Shown in pieces: positions 1-8,902 of a stretch of 64,000 bases of DNA; the first letter of the stretch is position 1; each line of letters begins with the position of its first letter. The position numbers were made by a program, and so were the translations under genes. A model generated the notes under the pieces. That model made no database searches and was not told the origin of the DNA. It saw nothing but the letters and a program-made list of their open reading frames with translations. Origin of the DNA: Trueperaceae bacterium (lineage in GTDB: Bacteria; Deinococcota; Deinococci; Deinococcales; Trueperaceae); NCBI GenBank assembly GCA_965215565.1, contig CBDCDZ010000004.1:864001-928000 (forward strand), given 5' to 3'.

Positions 1-308
1 ACGAGCCCCAGCCAAAAGGCTAAGATGCTCGCGGCTAAGAGAACGTAGGTGAGCGGATTTCGGAACTGGCGGCGCAAAAGGTGCCCGAAGGTCTCCCCTT
101 CAATGCGCGTCAAGGTGTTCGTGCCCTCCGCGGTAAGCCGCTTTTTCGCCTCCTCGCTGCTCAGCCCTGCCTCGCTGCTGCCGAGTAGCGCCAACGCTTG
201 TCGCGCTGAGAGCGCGTGCCAAGGATACTGGGTTTGCTTATTCTGGGTTTGAGCACCTACTTGTTTATTTTGAGCTTGCCCGTCTCGAGCTTGCGCGTCG
301 TCAGACAT
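1..308 (-). CDS. Cation-transporting P-type ATPase, N-terminal part (runs off the window)
   Basis: Manual translation from ATG 308 (SD AAAGGAG upstream): MSDDAQ...PWHALSARQALALLGSSEAGLSSEEAKKRL...RQFRNPLTYVLLAAS, the typical Cation_ATPase_N pattern; not in the ORF track. Confidence 0.85.
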   Translation of the reverse strand, partial: MSDDAQARDGQAQNKQVGAQTQNKQTQYPWHALSARQALALLGSSEAGLSSEEAKKRLTAEGTNTLTRIEGETFGHLLRRQFRNPLTYVLLAASILAFWLGL

Positions 309-375
309 ACCGCTCCTTTCTCCGCCCTACCACCTTCGTTTGAAGCGCCCTTAGAGGCCGCCCTCGCGTCTCGGC

Positions 376-906
376 TCACTCATGACCGCCGCTATGGTGG
401 CTCAGGTAGATCGCGCCGCCCATCGTCAAGATGCCCAGTCCGAGCAGGAGCAAATCGAGGGTGGAGTCGTACTCTAAGCCTAGCGCCTGCTGCAAAAACT
501 TCACGACTAAAATCAAGATGATGACCCGGGCCAAACGTCCTTTAAGCCCTTCAAACGAGTTCGTATCCAGTATACGACTTGCCACCTCGGTACCCTCGGC
601 GATTCTGACGTTGCCGATAAACTGCCGGTAGAGCCCCGCCGTAAAGATGAAGAGCGCCGAAGCGATGAGGTAGCCGTCGATGACGCTCACCACGCTGCTG
701 ATCATCTGAGCGCGGAGGTCGGTGCGCCCCGCTAAGTCGAGCGTCGGGTCCGTATAGTCTGTCACGCTCACAAGGAGGAAAAAGGCGTCCACCGTGGTGA
801 TAAAGAGCATGAACAGCCACATCGCGAAGCTCGCGATCACTGCGACTAGGATGAGAACGCGGCTTTGCCAGAGCGCCGCTTCGAATACGTAACCGATCGC
901 TTTCAT
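376..906 (-). CDS. YqhA/UPF0114 family membrane protein
   Basis: 176 aa with four hydrophobic segments and motifs IDGYLIA..LFIF..GLY..FI and LKGRLARVII. Confidence 0.8.
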   Translation of the reverse strand: MKAIGYVFEAALWQSRVLILVAVIASFAMWLFMLFITTVDAFFLLVSVTDYTDPTLDLAGRTDLRAQMISSVVSVIDGYLIASALFIFTAGLYRQFIGNVRIAEGTEVASRILDTNSFEGLKGRLARVIILILVVKFLQQALGLEYDSTLDLLLLGLGILTMGGAIYLSHHSGGHE

Positions 907-1482
907 CTACACTACCTTTTCTAACACGAATGTTTGGGTCATTTTTAGGGTGAACCTCTGCGCTAAAGTTAGAGGGTGAATGCGCACGCTCAGCGCGCGA
1001 CCGGGACAGTTCAAAAGACAACCTCTCCTCTCACCATAACAAGTGTGACGCACGAACCAGGCACCTCGAGAAGACCACCAAAGGTTCGCGGAACCGGGTG
1101 CACCGCGTCGCGGGTTTGAAGAGAAACGGTTTTAGGGGATATGGACGCGCCAGACGTCAGCGGGCGACCTCTGCTCGGCGTTGCCAGCGACTAACTAATT
1201 GAGGGCGACTAGCCGAGACCGCTCAGTGCGGCGGCGCGGTTTGGGCGCGCAAGGGGAATCTCGCAGTTCCTCGGCGTGGTTCCAGCCAGCCAAGTCGCGA
1301 ACCTCTAAAGACGAGCCCATAGGAACGCGGCAAATACAGACTAGAGAGCGTGACATTATATGAAAATTATAGCTGAGCCGTTCGCCTGGGATTGTCTTGT
1401 GGGATGGGGCGAACTGCTCTACACCAAAGTGTCTGCTTAAAGCGTGTAGAAGTCGAGCGCCCGAAGCGTTACCTTAGAGGAT

Positions 1483-2267
1483 ATGAAGGTTATCCTGCCG
1501 CTTTACAACCCTCGAGGTCACAAGTTAGTCGAACGCTTAGCGCCTCTGCTGCCGCCAGACGTCACCTTTATGCTCGTGTCGGGCAATATGGACAAGCCGC
1601 TCGACGTGACTGGGTGAACCGAACCGCGGAGGACCTTAAAGGGCGCTTCCCTGAGAGCACGCTCCTCGCGGCGACGGCGGGTCTGGCGCACGTCCGCACC
1701 CTCACCGAGCGCGTCACGCCGCCCGTACGGGGCGTGGTCTACATCTACGAGCCTAACTTCAGCAATGAACCTGAATTCACCTGGGACTTCGCGGAGACGC
1801 TGAAACACTTCGCCGAGGTGAGGCGCGCGGCGCACGCCGCAGACTTGTGGGCGTTCGGCAAGCCGACGGGACGCCCGCTCTACCAGTCGTACCTCTATAA
1901 GCACGGCTGGGACTACGCCGCTCTAGGCGCGGCGGTGGACGGGCTCTTCGTGCAGACGCAGACCTACTGCAAGAAGGACCCACTTATCTTTAGCGAGGCG
2001 CTCGGGGCGTTGGTCGGACAGTACCGCGCGGCGTCGCAACTCGCAGCTCGAGACGCACCTCAAGTAGCGGCGCAGCATCCCCCCTTCGCGCAACTAAGCC
2101 TCGACCCCGCCTCGCGCAACGGGGCGCGCGCGGACGACGTCAGCGCGTGCGTGGCGTCCGCCGCCGAGCACGTCGCAGTTGGCGCGTTAGCCGGCCTGCT
2201 GCTCTGGTGGTCGCCGCGCTACCCGGAAGAGGTGGCGCGCTGCTTGGAGCAACTGAACGCGCTCTGA
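1483..2267 (+). pseudogene. Hypothetical protein (possible TIM-barrel-like) split by a 1-nt frameshift near 1605
   Basis: SD AGAGG then ATG 1483 MKVILPLYNP...KPLD stops at 1617; the protein-like reading continues in the other frame (DWVNRTAEDL...) to 2267. Confidence 0.6.
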
Positions 2268-2299
2268 GGGGACCTCACCCTACGCTTACAGCTTCAACA

Positions 2300-3532
2300 T
2301 CACGAAAGGATGTGCTCGAGCCCCTCAATAAGCTGCTCTATCTCCTCACCACTCGTGTAGTGGACGAACGACAGCCTGAGCACGCCCGCCTCCAAAAGAC
2401 CCATCGCCGCCAAGAGCCGCGCGGCGTAGAAGTGACCGTGCGCGCACATCACGCCGTGCTCAGCGAGCGCCTTGACGAGCGACGGCGCGCCCTGTCCGCG
2501 CACGGTGACGGAGACGGTGGGCGCGCGGTTTGTAAGCGTTGTAGGACCGATGATGCGGACCTTGGGGTGGCTCCCTAGGTACTCGAGCAGGGGCGCGAGC
2601 CTCACCCACTCCGCCTCTCTAAAGAGGTCATGGACCCGTTTCGCTCTCGTGCGAGCGTCCGGGGCTTCGCCGTAGTGGTGCGCGTCAACCGCGTCGAAAT
2701 AGTCCGTGACCCCGCTCGCAGCGGCGATCTGCGCGTGGTCGGGTCCGGCGGGCACGAGTCTCTTCTGGGGCGAACCCGCGTTGAAGTAGTGCCCCTGGTT
2801 GCTCAGCTTCTGCGCGGTCTCGGAGCGCACCACCATCACGCCCTGGTGCGGTCCGTAGGTCTTATACGCCGAAAAGAGGTAGATGTCCGCGCCGAGCGCG
2901 TCCACGTCCGGGAAGCCGTGCCCCGCGTACGAAACACCGTCCACCACCGCTACTGCGCCGACGCTATGGATGAGGTCAGCCACCTCTCGAACCGGGTTGA
3001 CTTCGCCTACGACGTTCGAGCAGTGGGGGAAGGCGACGATTTTGGTTTTGTCCGTGAGGAGGTCTTTGAGGTTTTCCACGTGCAAGCGCCCCGTCTCGGG
3101 GTCCACTCGCCACTCCTTGATCTCTATCGCGTGCTCGGCGAGCCGCCGCCACGCGCCGCTGTTCGCCTCGTGGTCCTGGTTCGTGACGATGACCTCGTCG
3201 CCCCTTTTCAAGCCGTCGCGGAAGGCTTGGGCGAGAACGTAGGTGTTCTGCGTTGTCGAGGGGCCGAAGTAGACCTCTTCGCTCTGGACGTTGAGATACT
3301 GGGCGAACGCGGGGTAGCTCCTATCCATCGCCTCCCCCGCGCTTTGCGCGGTTGGATAGAGGTGGTGGGGCTGCACCTTCATCGTGGTGTAGAACTCGGT
3401 GAGCCTGCCAATCACCTGCTGGCAGGCGTACGAGCCGCCCGCGTTCTCGAAAAAGGCGCGCCCTGCTAAGCTCGGCTCGCTGAAAGCGGGAAACTGTCGG
3501 CGGACGAAGTCGAGGTCTAAAGGTGCGCTCAT
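2300..3532 (-). CDS. Aminotransferase class V, cysteine desulfurase-like protein
   Basis: FFENAGGS, DHEAN, DGVSY and PLP-lysine motif FSAYKTYGPH; start placed at ATG 3532 after GGAG. Confidence 0.9.
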   Translation of the reverse strand: MSAPLDLDFVRRQFPAFSEPSLAGRAFFENAGGSYACQQVIGRLTEFYTTMKVQPHHLYPTAQSAGEAMDRSYPAFAQYLNVQSEEVYFGPSTTQNTYVLAQAFRDGLKRGDEVIVTNQDHEANSGAWRRLAEHAIEIKEWRVDPETGRLHVENLKDLLTDKTKIVAFPHCSNVVGEVNPVREVADLIHSVGAVAVVDGVSYAGHGFPDVDALGADIYLFSAYKTYGPHQGVMVVRSETAQKLSNQGHYFNAGSPQKRLVPAGPDHAQIAAASGVTDYFDAVDAHHYGEAPDARTRAKRVHDLFREAEWVRLAPLLEYLGSHPKVRIIGPTTLTNRAPTVSVTVRGQGAPSLVKALAEHGVMCAHGHFYAARLLAAMGLLEAGVLRLSFVHYTSGEEIEQLIEGLEHILS

Positions 3533-3596
3533 GGGGTTCTCCAAAGTTCAATTCAAAGAGGTTGAGCTTACGGCTAGCTATGTAGGGTTTAGCACG

Positions 3597-4352
3597 TCAA
3601 GAACGCAGATAAGAGGCACCGTTCACGTCCAAAATCGCGCCGGTGGAGAATTCAGCGCCTTCTGAAGCTAGAAACAAAACCGCGTGGGCTACCTCTTCGG
3701 GTTTTGCCACGCGCCCAAGTGGGCTCTGAGCGCGAATCTCTCGCCCCCTCTCCCCTTTAAGGTGCGCGCTGGTCATGTCCGTTTCGACGAAACCAGGCGC
3801 GACGACGCCGACGAAGATACGGTGCGGCGCGAGCTTCTGCGCGAGCGACTGACTTAGAGCGTTGAGAGCGGCTTTGCTCGCGCCGTACGCCGGGCTTTCC
3901 GGCTCACCCCTAAACGCGCCTCTGGACGATACGTTCACGATGCGCCCGCCACCCCCTTCCATCATGTGCTGCGCGGCGAAGTAGCTGAGGTGCGCGGGCG
4001 CAAGTAGATTGACGGCGAGCGTGCGCTGCCAACTCGCTCGCCACTCGTCAAAACTCACGGTGTCGATGGATTGCGCCTGGAAGATACCTGCATTATTGAC
4101 CAGAATATCGAGCCCGCCCAAAGCCCGCACGGTTCGGCTGATGAGGTCTTCGGCAGCGTTGGCGTCCGCCAAATCGCCTGCGACGCTGATATGCCCTTCG
4201 CCGAGCGACGCGAGCGCAGCTCGAGCCGCGTCGTGATCAGACCTGTACGCTAGGGCGAGCGTTGCACCGCGTTCCGCAAACGCTCGTGCGCACGCCAGCC
4301 CGATTCCCCTCGTACCCCCAGTAATGAGCACCCTTTTCCCTATGAAGTCCAC
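3597..4352 (-). CDS. SDR family oxidoreductase
   Basis: TGGTRGIG, NNAG and YGASK motifs. Confidence 0.95.
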   Translation of the reverse strand: MDFIGKRVLITGGTRGIGLACARAFAERGATLALAYRSDHDAARAALASLGEGHISVAGDLADANAAEDLISRTVRALGGLDILVNNAGIFQAQSIDTVSFDEWRASWQRTLAVNLLAPAHLSYFAAQHMMEGGGGRIVNVSSRGAFRGEPESPAYGASKAALNALSQSLAQKLAPHRIFVGVVAPGFVETDMTSAHLKGERGREIRAQSPLGRVAKPEEVAHAVLFLASEGAEFSTGAILDVNGASYLRS

Positions 4353-4514
4353 GTCCGCACTCTACCATCCGTTTGCGCTATCTCCACAAGCTGAGAAGGG
4401 GATAACCTACCCACTTCACACACGCCTCTCTAACCCTCATTCGGTACCCTCTTCAGATGTACGCTTCAGCTACGTGCCTCACTTTGATGACCCTCTCTCC
4501 CCTAGAGAAACCCC

Positions 4515-5258
4515 ATGCCTGAAATCGACGTTCGCTTTTTAGGCGGCTTGAGCGAGGTTCAGCAGCGCGCCTTTGTGAGCGCGGCGGCGCGCTGGCGAGA
4601 GGTCTTGCCCGCGCCGCTGCCCGCTATCGCCGTTGACGGAGAAGTCACCGACGGCATCATTATCGAGGCTGAAGGCGTCAATATCGACGGGCGCGGCAGC
4701 GTGTTGGGGGCGGCTGGTCCTACGCACTTGCGCCCGAATTCGCTGCTGCCCGCTAAGGGCATCATGCGCTTCGACATCGCCGACGTCAGCCAGTTAGAAG
4801 CGGACGGAACCTTTGGAAGCGTGATTCTGCACGAGATGGGGCACGTCATCGGCATCGGGACGCTCTGGGAGCAGCTCGGCTTGTTGCGCGGGGCGGGGAC
4901 AGACAACCCAACCTTTACAGGTGCAGCGGCGAGGGAAGTCTACCGCGAGCTGCTAGAGGAGGCGTCACCTCTGAACGTCCCCGTCGCCAACACGGGCGGA
5001 CCCGGCACCCGCGAAGGGCACTGGCGCGAGGCGGTCTTCGGCAACGAACTCATGACCGGCTTCTTGTCGGGGCAGCGTCAACCGCTGAGCCGCCTTACCA
5101 CCGCGTCGCTGCGCGACTTAGGGTATGAGGTGGACGAGCGCGCGGCGGACCCTTACGAATTGGGCGAGGAAACAGGCGCTATCCAAGCCCTGCCCCTCTG
5201 CAAGCGCGACATCGTGAGACCTGTGCCCGTCGTCCTGCCGGAGAGCGCACTGGAGTAG
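4515..5258 (+). CDS. Zinc metallopeptidase, leishmanolysin (M8)-like
   Basis: HEMGHVIG zinc motif, downstream GHWRE and NELMTG, LRDLGY tail. Confidence 0.8.
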   Translation: MPEIDVRFLGGLSEVQQRAFVSAAARWREVLPAPLPAIAVDGEVTDGIIIEAEGVNIDGRGSVLGAAGPTHLRPNSLLPAKGIMRFDIADVSQLEADGTFGSVILHEMGHVIGIGTLWEQLGLLRGAGTDNPTFTGAAAREVYRELLEEASPLNVPVANTGGPGTREGHWREAVFGNELMTGFLSGQRQPLSRLTTASLRDLGYEVDERAADPYELGEETGAIQALPLCKRDIVRPVPVVLPESALE

Positions 5259-5262
5259 CGCG

Positions 5263-6654
5263 TCAAGGCGCTTCACCCTGCCGGATGAGTTCGTCCACCT
5301 TCTCCACGTACTGCTCCGGCTTCGCTTTGCGCTCTAGGCCCCCCGCCGACATGTAGCGCACCTTGCCGAACACGTCACGCTCCGTCCAGCCCCTGTCATG
5401 CTGACCAAACACCCACGCCACGTTCGCGAACGAGTTCGGGTCACGCCCATCTAAAAAATACTTGTTGTTGAGGTAGAGCGTCGTTTCGTAAGCGTACTTG
5501 GGCGTGTTGCTCCACTCTAAAATCTTCTTACCCCAATACATCCGCATATAGTTGTGCATGTAGCCCGTGTAGCGCATCTCGCGCATGGCGGCGTTCCAGT
5601 ACGCGTCGTGGGTTTGGGCGTCCTCTAATTCCTGGCGCGTATACACGTATTCGCGCTCGTCGTCCTTGTGCTCTTCCAGGGTCTCCTGTGCCCAATCGGG
5701 AAGGTTGCTGAACGCATCGTAGTCGCCAGGCATGTAGTACACGAAGTTGATGGGCAGCTCGCGGCGGATGATGACCTCTTCTAAATACGAGTCGATGTTG
5801 CCTTGCGAGGTGTTCGCCTCTTGAATTTGCAGCGCGATGTAAACAGGCGAAATCTGCCCGAAGTGGAGATACTTGCTCATGTGTGAGACGTCGCTGGTTT
5901 GAGGCTGATTGCGGTTCGCGTCGTACGAGCTGAACTTGTTCTCTATAAAGTTGTCTAAAATCGCTTTCCCCTGCGAGGTGCCCCCCCTAAAGAGGTGGCT
6001 TACGGGCTCGACGCTCTTGTCCAGCTTTAAGCCGTCTACCAGCGCAGGGATATCGCTGAGGTCCAAGACGTCTACGCTCATGCTCTTGGAATTTTTGCCT
6101 ATAGACGTCGTGCGCAGTTCGACTAAGAAGTCGTCCAAGTGCTTCTGGATTTTTGGGCGAATTGTGCGCGCGGCGTACTCCTTTTTGTCCGAGACGAGTT
6201 CGACGGGCACGACTACGTCCGACTCGACTTGCGTCACGCAGCACGCGGCTTCATCCGCTACGCGCTTACGCCACGCGCGCTGGTTGCGCATGTACCCTCT
6301 GTCACACACGATCAAAGAGGCGTCCTCACCCAACCTAAGCGCCACCTCATCGGGTGAACCTTGCTGCACGGCGAACTTGATGTCCCGTTCTTTTAGAGAG
6401 GTCTCGACCTCTTGTAAGCCCTCCAACATAAAGGTGTAGTGCCGCGCGTTCGCCTCGGGGTAGTCGTCCATCAGCCCGAAGCAGACCAGTAAGCGCTGCT
6501 CTAGGTCGTTGGCGCGTTGGACGGCGTACTCGAGCGCGTGGTTGTACTCCGTGCGCTGCGAACTTTGCATCCAGTAGAGGACGTATGAGCCGTCTCTGAC
6601 CTCTTTGTCATTGAGGTGCTGGATGCGGGCGTCTTGGATGTGTTTGGTTGCCAT
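5263..6654 (-). CDS. phr: Deoxyribodipyrimidine photolyase, class II
   Basis: VLYWM, SKYLHFGQIS, GYMHNYMRMYWGKKILEW and DGRDPN class II CPD photolyase motifs. Confidence 0.95.
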   Translation of the reverse strand: MATKHIQDARIQHLNDKEVRDGSYVLYWMQSSQRTEYNHALEYAVQRANDLEQRLLVCFGLMDDYPEANARHYTFMLEGLQEVETSLKERDIKFAVQQGSPDEVALRLGEDASLIVCDRGYMRNQRAWRKRVADEAACCVTQVESDVVVPVELVSDKKEYAARTIRPKIQKHLDDFLVELRTTSIGKNSKSMSVDVLDLSDIPALVDGLKLDKSVEPVSHLFRGGTSQGKAILDNFIENKFSSYDANRNQPQTSDVSHMSKYLHFGQISPVYIALQIQEANTSQGNIDSYLEEVIIRRELPINFVYYMPGDYDAFSNLPDWAQETLEEHKDDEREYVYTRQELEDAQTHDAYWNAAMREMRYTGYMHNYMRMYWGKKILEWSNTPKYAYETTLYLNNKYFLDGRDPNSFANVAWVFGQHDRGWTERDVFGKVRYMSAGGLERKAKPEQYVEKVDELIRQGEAP

Positions 6655-6703
6655 GCTTCAGTGTCGCTGAGAGAGATACACTTCGAAAAGAGGGAGGGCT
6701 ACG

Positions 6704-7006
6704 TTAAACATCGGTGTAGTGTTCCACAACGGGAAAAGGCTCATGAAAGTGATGCAAAAGCGCCTTCCACGTCTCATAATCCGCCGACTGCCGAAACCCT
6801 ACCGTATGGTCTTCCAGCGTTTCCCACCGCACGAGCAAGAGGTAGCGGTTCTCCCGCTCCAAGCACCGTTTAAGTTCGTGCGAGAGGTAGCCCTTCACCG
6901 AGGCGATAATGGGCGCAGCTTTAGCGAACGCCGCCTCAAACGCCTCGGTCTCCCCCACCTTCACGTCTAAAATGGCAACCTCTAACACCTCTTCGTCTAA
7001 AGTCAC
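6704..7006 (-). CDS. Antibiotic biosynthesis monooxygenase (ABM) family protein
   Basis: VLEVAILDV...RYLLLVRWETLEDH.VGFR pattern; SD GGAGG. Confidence 0.9.
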   Translation of the reverse strand: MTLDEEVLEVAILDVKVGETEAFEAAFAKAAPIIASVKGYLSHELKRCLERENRYLLLVRWETLEDHTVGFRQSADYETWKALLHHFHEPFPVVEHYTDV

Positions 7007-7076
7007 AAGATACCTCCAGAAATGAACTGCAACACCTTACCAAGTCGTTCACAGGGGAACGGCTTAGGCTTAAACT

Positions 7077-7568
7077 ATGGCAAAACGCATCCAGCCGAAA
7101 GAAGGACAAGAATCCGTCTGGGACTACCCGCGCCCGCCCGCTGTCGAAGAGGTGAGCAAGCATGTGCGCGTGGTCTTTAACGGCGAGGTCATCGCGGATA
7201 CAAACCGTGCCAAGCGCGTTTTGGAGACGTCGCATCCGCCTAGCTACTACATCCCACAAGAAGACGTGAAGATGGAATTTTTAGAGAAGACGGAGCGCAC
7301 GACGATGTGCGAGTTCAAGGGGCGTGCGGCGTACTGGACGGTGCGCGTGGGGGGTGAAGAGGTAGCGAACGCGGGCTGGAGCTATCCGAGTCCGGTAAAG
7401 GGCTATAAAGGGCTCCAAGATTACATCACCTTCTATCCGAGCAAAATGGAAGCGTGCTACGTCGGCGATGAGCGCGTGCAGGCGCAGGAGGGCGACTTTT
7501 ACGGCGGCTGGATTACATCAGATATCGTGGGACCCTTCAAGGGCGGCGCGGGGACGTGGGGGTGGTAA
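7077..7568 (+). CDS. DUF427 domain protein
   Basis: ESVWDYPRPP, LETSHPP.YY, CEFKG.A.Y, FYGGWIT, GPFKG. Confidence 0.9.
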   Translation: MAKRIQPKEGQESVWDYPRPPAVEEVSKHVRVVFNGEVIADTNRAKRVLETSHPPSYYIPQEDVKMEFLEKTERTTMCEFKGRAAYWTVRVGGEEVANAGWSYPSPVKGYKGLQDYITFYPSKMEACYVGDERVQAQEGDFYGGWITSDIVGPFKGGAGTWGW

Positions 7569-7739
7569 GAGAGCAATGAGCCTAAAGACTTTCACTCATT
7601 GCTCACCGTTCGTTCACTACGTGAGGACTTGCGTACACCAGCTCGACTGAATTGCTCGTTCCTCATTGCTCTTTCTTGTAAGACCTTTGTAAGAGCGCGG
7701 CGCTTAGAGTTGGGCATAGCGCCTTTGGAGGTGTGCCCT

Positions 7740-8861
7740 ATGTTTACCCTAGTTCAAGCCGAGCCTGTGCTCGAGACCCGAGACCGCGCCGCGCTCGTCG
7801 TCGAGCTGACCCAACTCGCGCTCGCTGCGCCCGACGTGCCGAGCGCGGTGACGCCCATTTTAGAAACCTTGACGCGCTACACACAGGCGGTAGGCGCGGC
7901 TTACTTTCAGGTGTCGGGTGAGGTGTACGCCGCGCGCGCCGCCTCAGGTGACATGCCGACGGGTCCGGCGATGGACGCGATTCTCGCGCACGGCCTCCCG
8001 GCGGAGACGCCGCTCATGGAAGCTTTGCGCGAGAGCGAGCGTCCGCTTTTCTTCGACGATACGGCGGCGCACCCCGCGGCGGCGGGCTTCCCCGACTTGG
8101 GCGTGAAGAGTTTGGCGGCGGTCCCCGTGCGTGACCGCCAAGGCAAGTTTCTGGGTGCCTTTTTGATGCACACCTTTAAGCGCAGTCCTTGGACGCTGCA
8201 AGAGGCGGACCTCTTCGCCACCGTCGTGGGTGTGCTGACGTCGTTAGCAGCGCGGCTCGTGGCGGAGGAGGAGGCCGTATACGCCCGCGAGAACGCGATT
8301 CACGCGCTCGGGCTGGCGCTGGAATACCGCGACGACGACACCAAAGGGCACACGGACCGCGTCACGGCGCTGGCGCTCGAGACGGCTAAGGAGATGAACC
8401 TGAGTGGCGCGGACTTCAGCGCGCTGCGCTGGGGCGCGTACCTGCACGACATCGGTAAAATCGCTATTCCCGACGCAATTTTGCATAAGCCCGGCAAGCT
8501 CGATGAGGACGAGTGGGACGTCATGAAAACGCACACCAGTGTCGGTCACGCCTTCGCCGACAGGCTGCGCTTCTTGCCGCGAGCGGCGTTAGATGTCGTC
8601 CGTCACCACCATGAGCGCTGGGACGGGCGCGGCTACCCGGCGGGGCTGGCGGGCGAAGCGGTCCCCCTCTTAGCGCGCATCTTTAGCGTCGTGGACGTTT
8701 ACGACGCACTCACCAGCGAGCGCCCCTACAAACGCGCCTGGACGCACAGCGAGGCGATGGCGGAGCTTCACCGCTCGGCGGGCACACAGTTCGATCCGGC
8801 AGTGGTGGCGGCGTTCGCGCGGGCGGTTGAGGGCGAATACGGGGGACGCGAAGCGGCGTAA
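7740..8861 (+). CDS. GAF + HD-GYP phosphodiesterase (c-di-GMP turnover)
   Basis: N-terminal GAF-like region, LHDIGK, HHERWDGRGYP; ATG 7740 after GGAGG. Confidence 0.9.
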   Translation: MFTLVQAEPVLETRDRAALVVELTQLALAAPDVPSAVTPILETLTRYTQAVGAAYFQVSGEVYAARAASGDMPTGPAMDAILAHGLPAETPLMEALRESERPLFFDDTAAHPAAAGFPDLGVKSLAAVPVRDRQGKFLGAFLMHTFKRSPWTLQEADLFATVVGVLTSLAARLVAEEEAVYARENAIHALGLALEYRDDDTKGHTDRVTALALETAKEMNLSGADFSALRWGAYLHDIGKIAIPDAILHKPGKLDEDEWDVMKTHTSVGHAFADRLRFLPRAALDVVRHHHERWDGRGYPAGLAGEAVPLLARIFSVVDVYDALTSERPYKRAWTHSEAMAELHRSAGTQFDPAVVAAFARAVEGEYGGREAA

Positions 8862-8902
8862 ACGCTACAGCTCAGTCAAAAAGTGCTCGGTACACTCAAG
8901 AG

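Noticed and set aside
1060..1310. tmRNA, RNase P RNA, SRP RNA or IscB omega-RNA
   Set aside because: CCACCA at 1075-1080 lacks a T-arm, hallmark motifs are absent, and no IscB/TnpB ORF follows
2300..3532. Missing catalytic Cys motif as a novelty
   Set aside because: A known subfamily of cysteine desulfurase-like proteins has GxFYA in place of GHHCA
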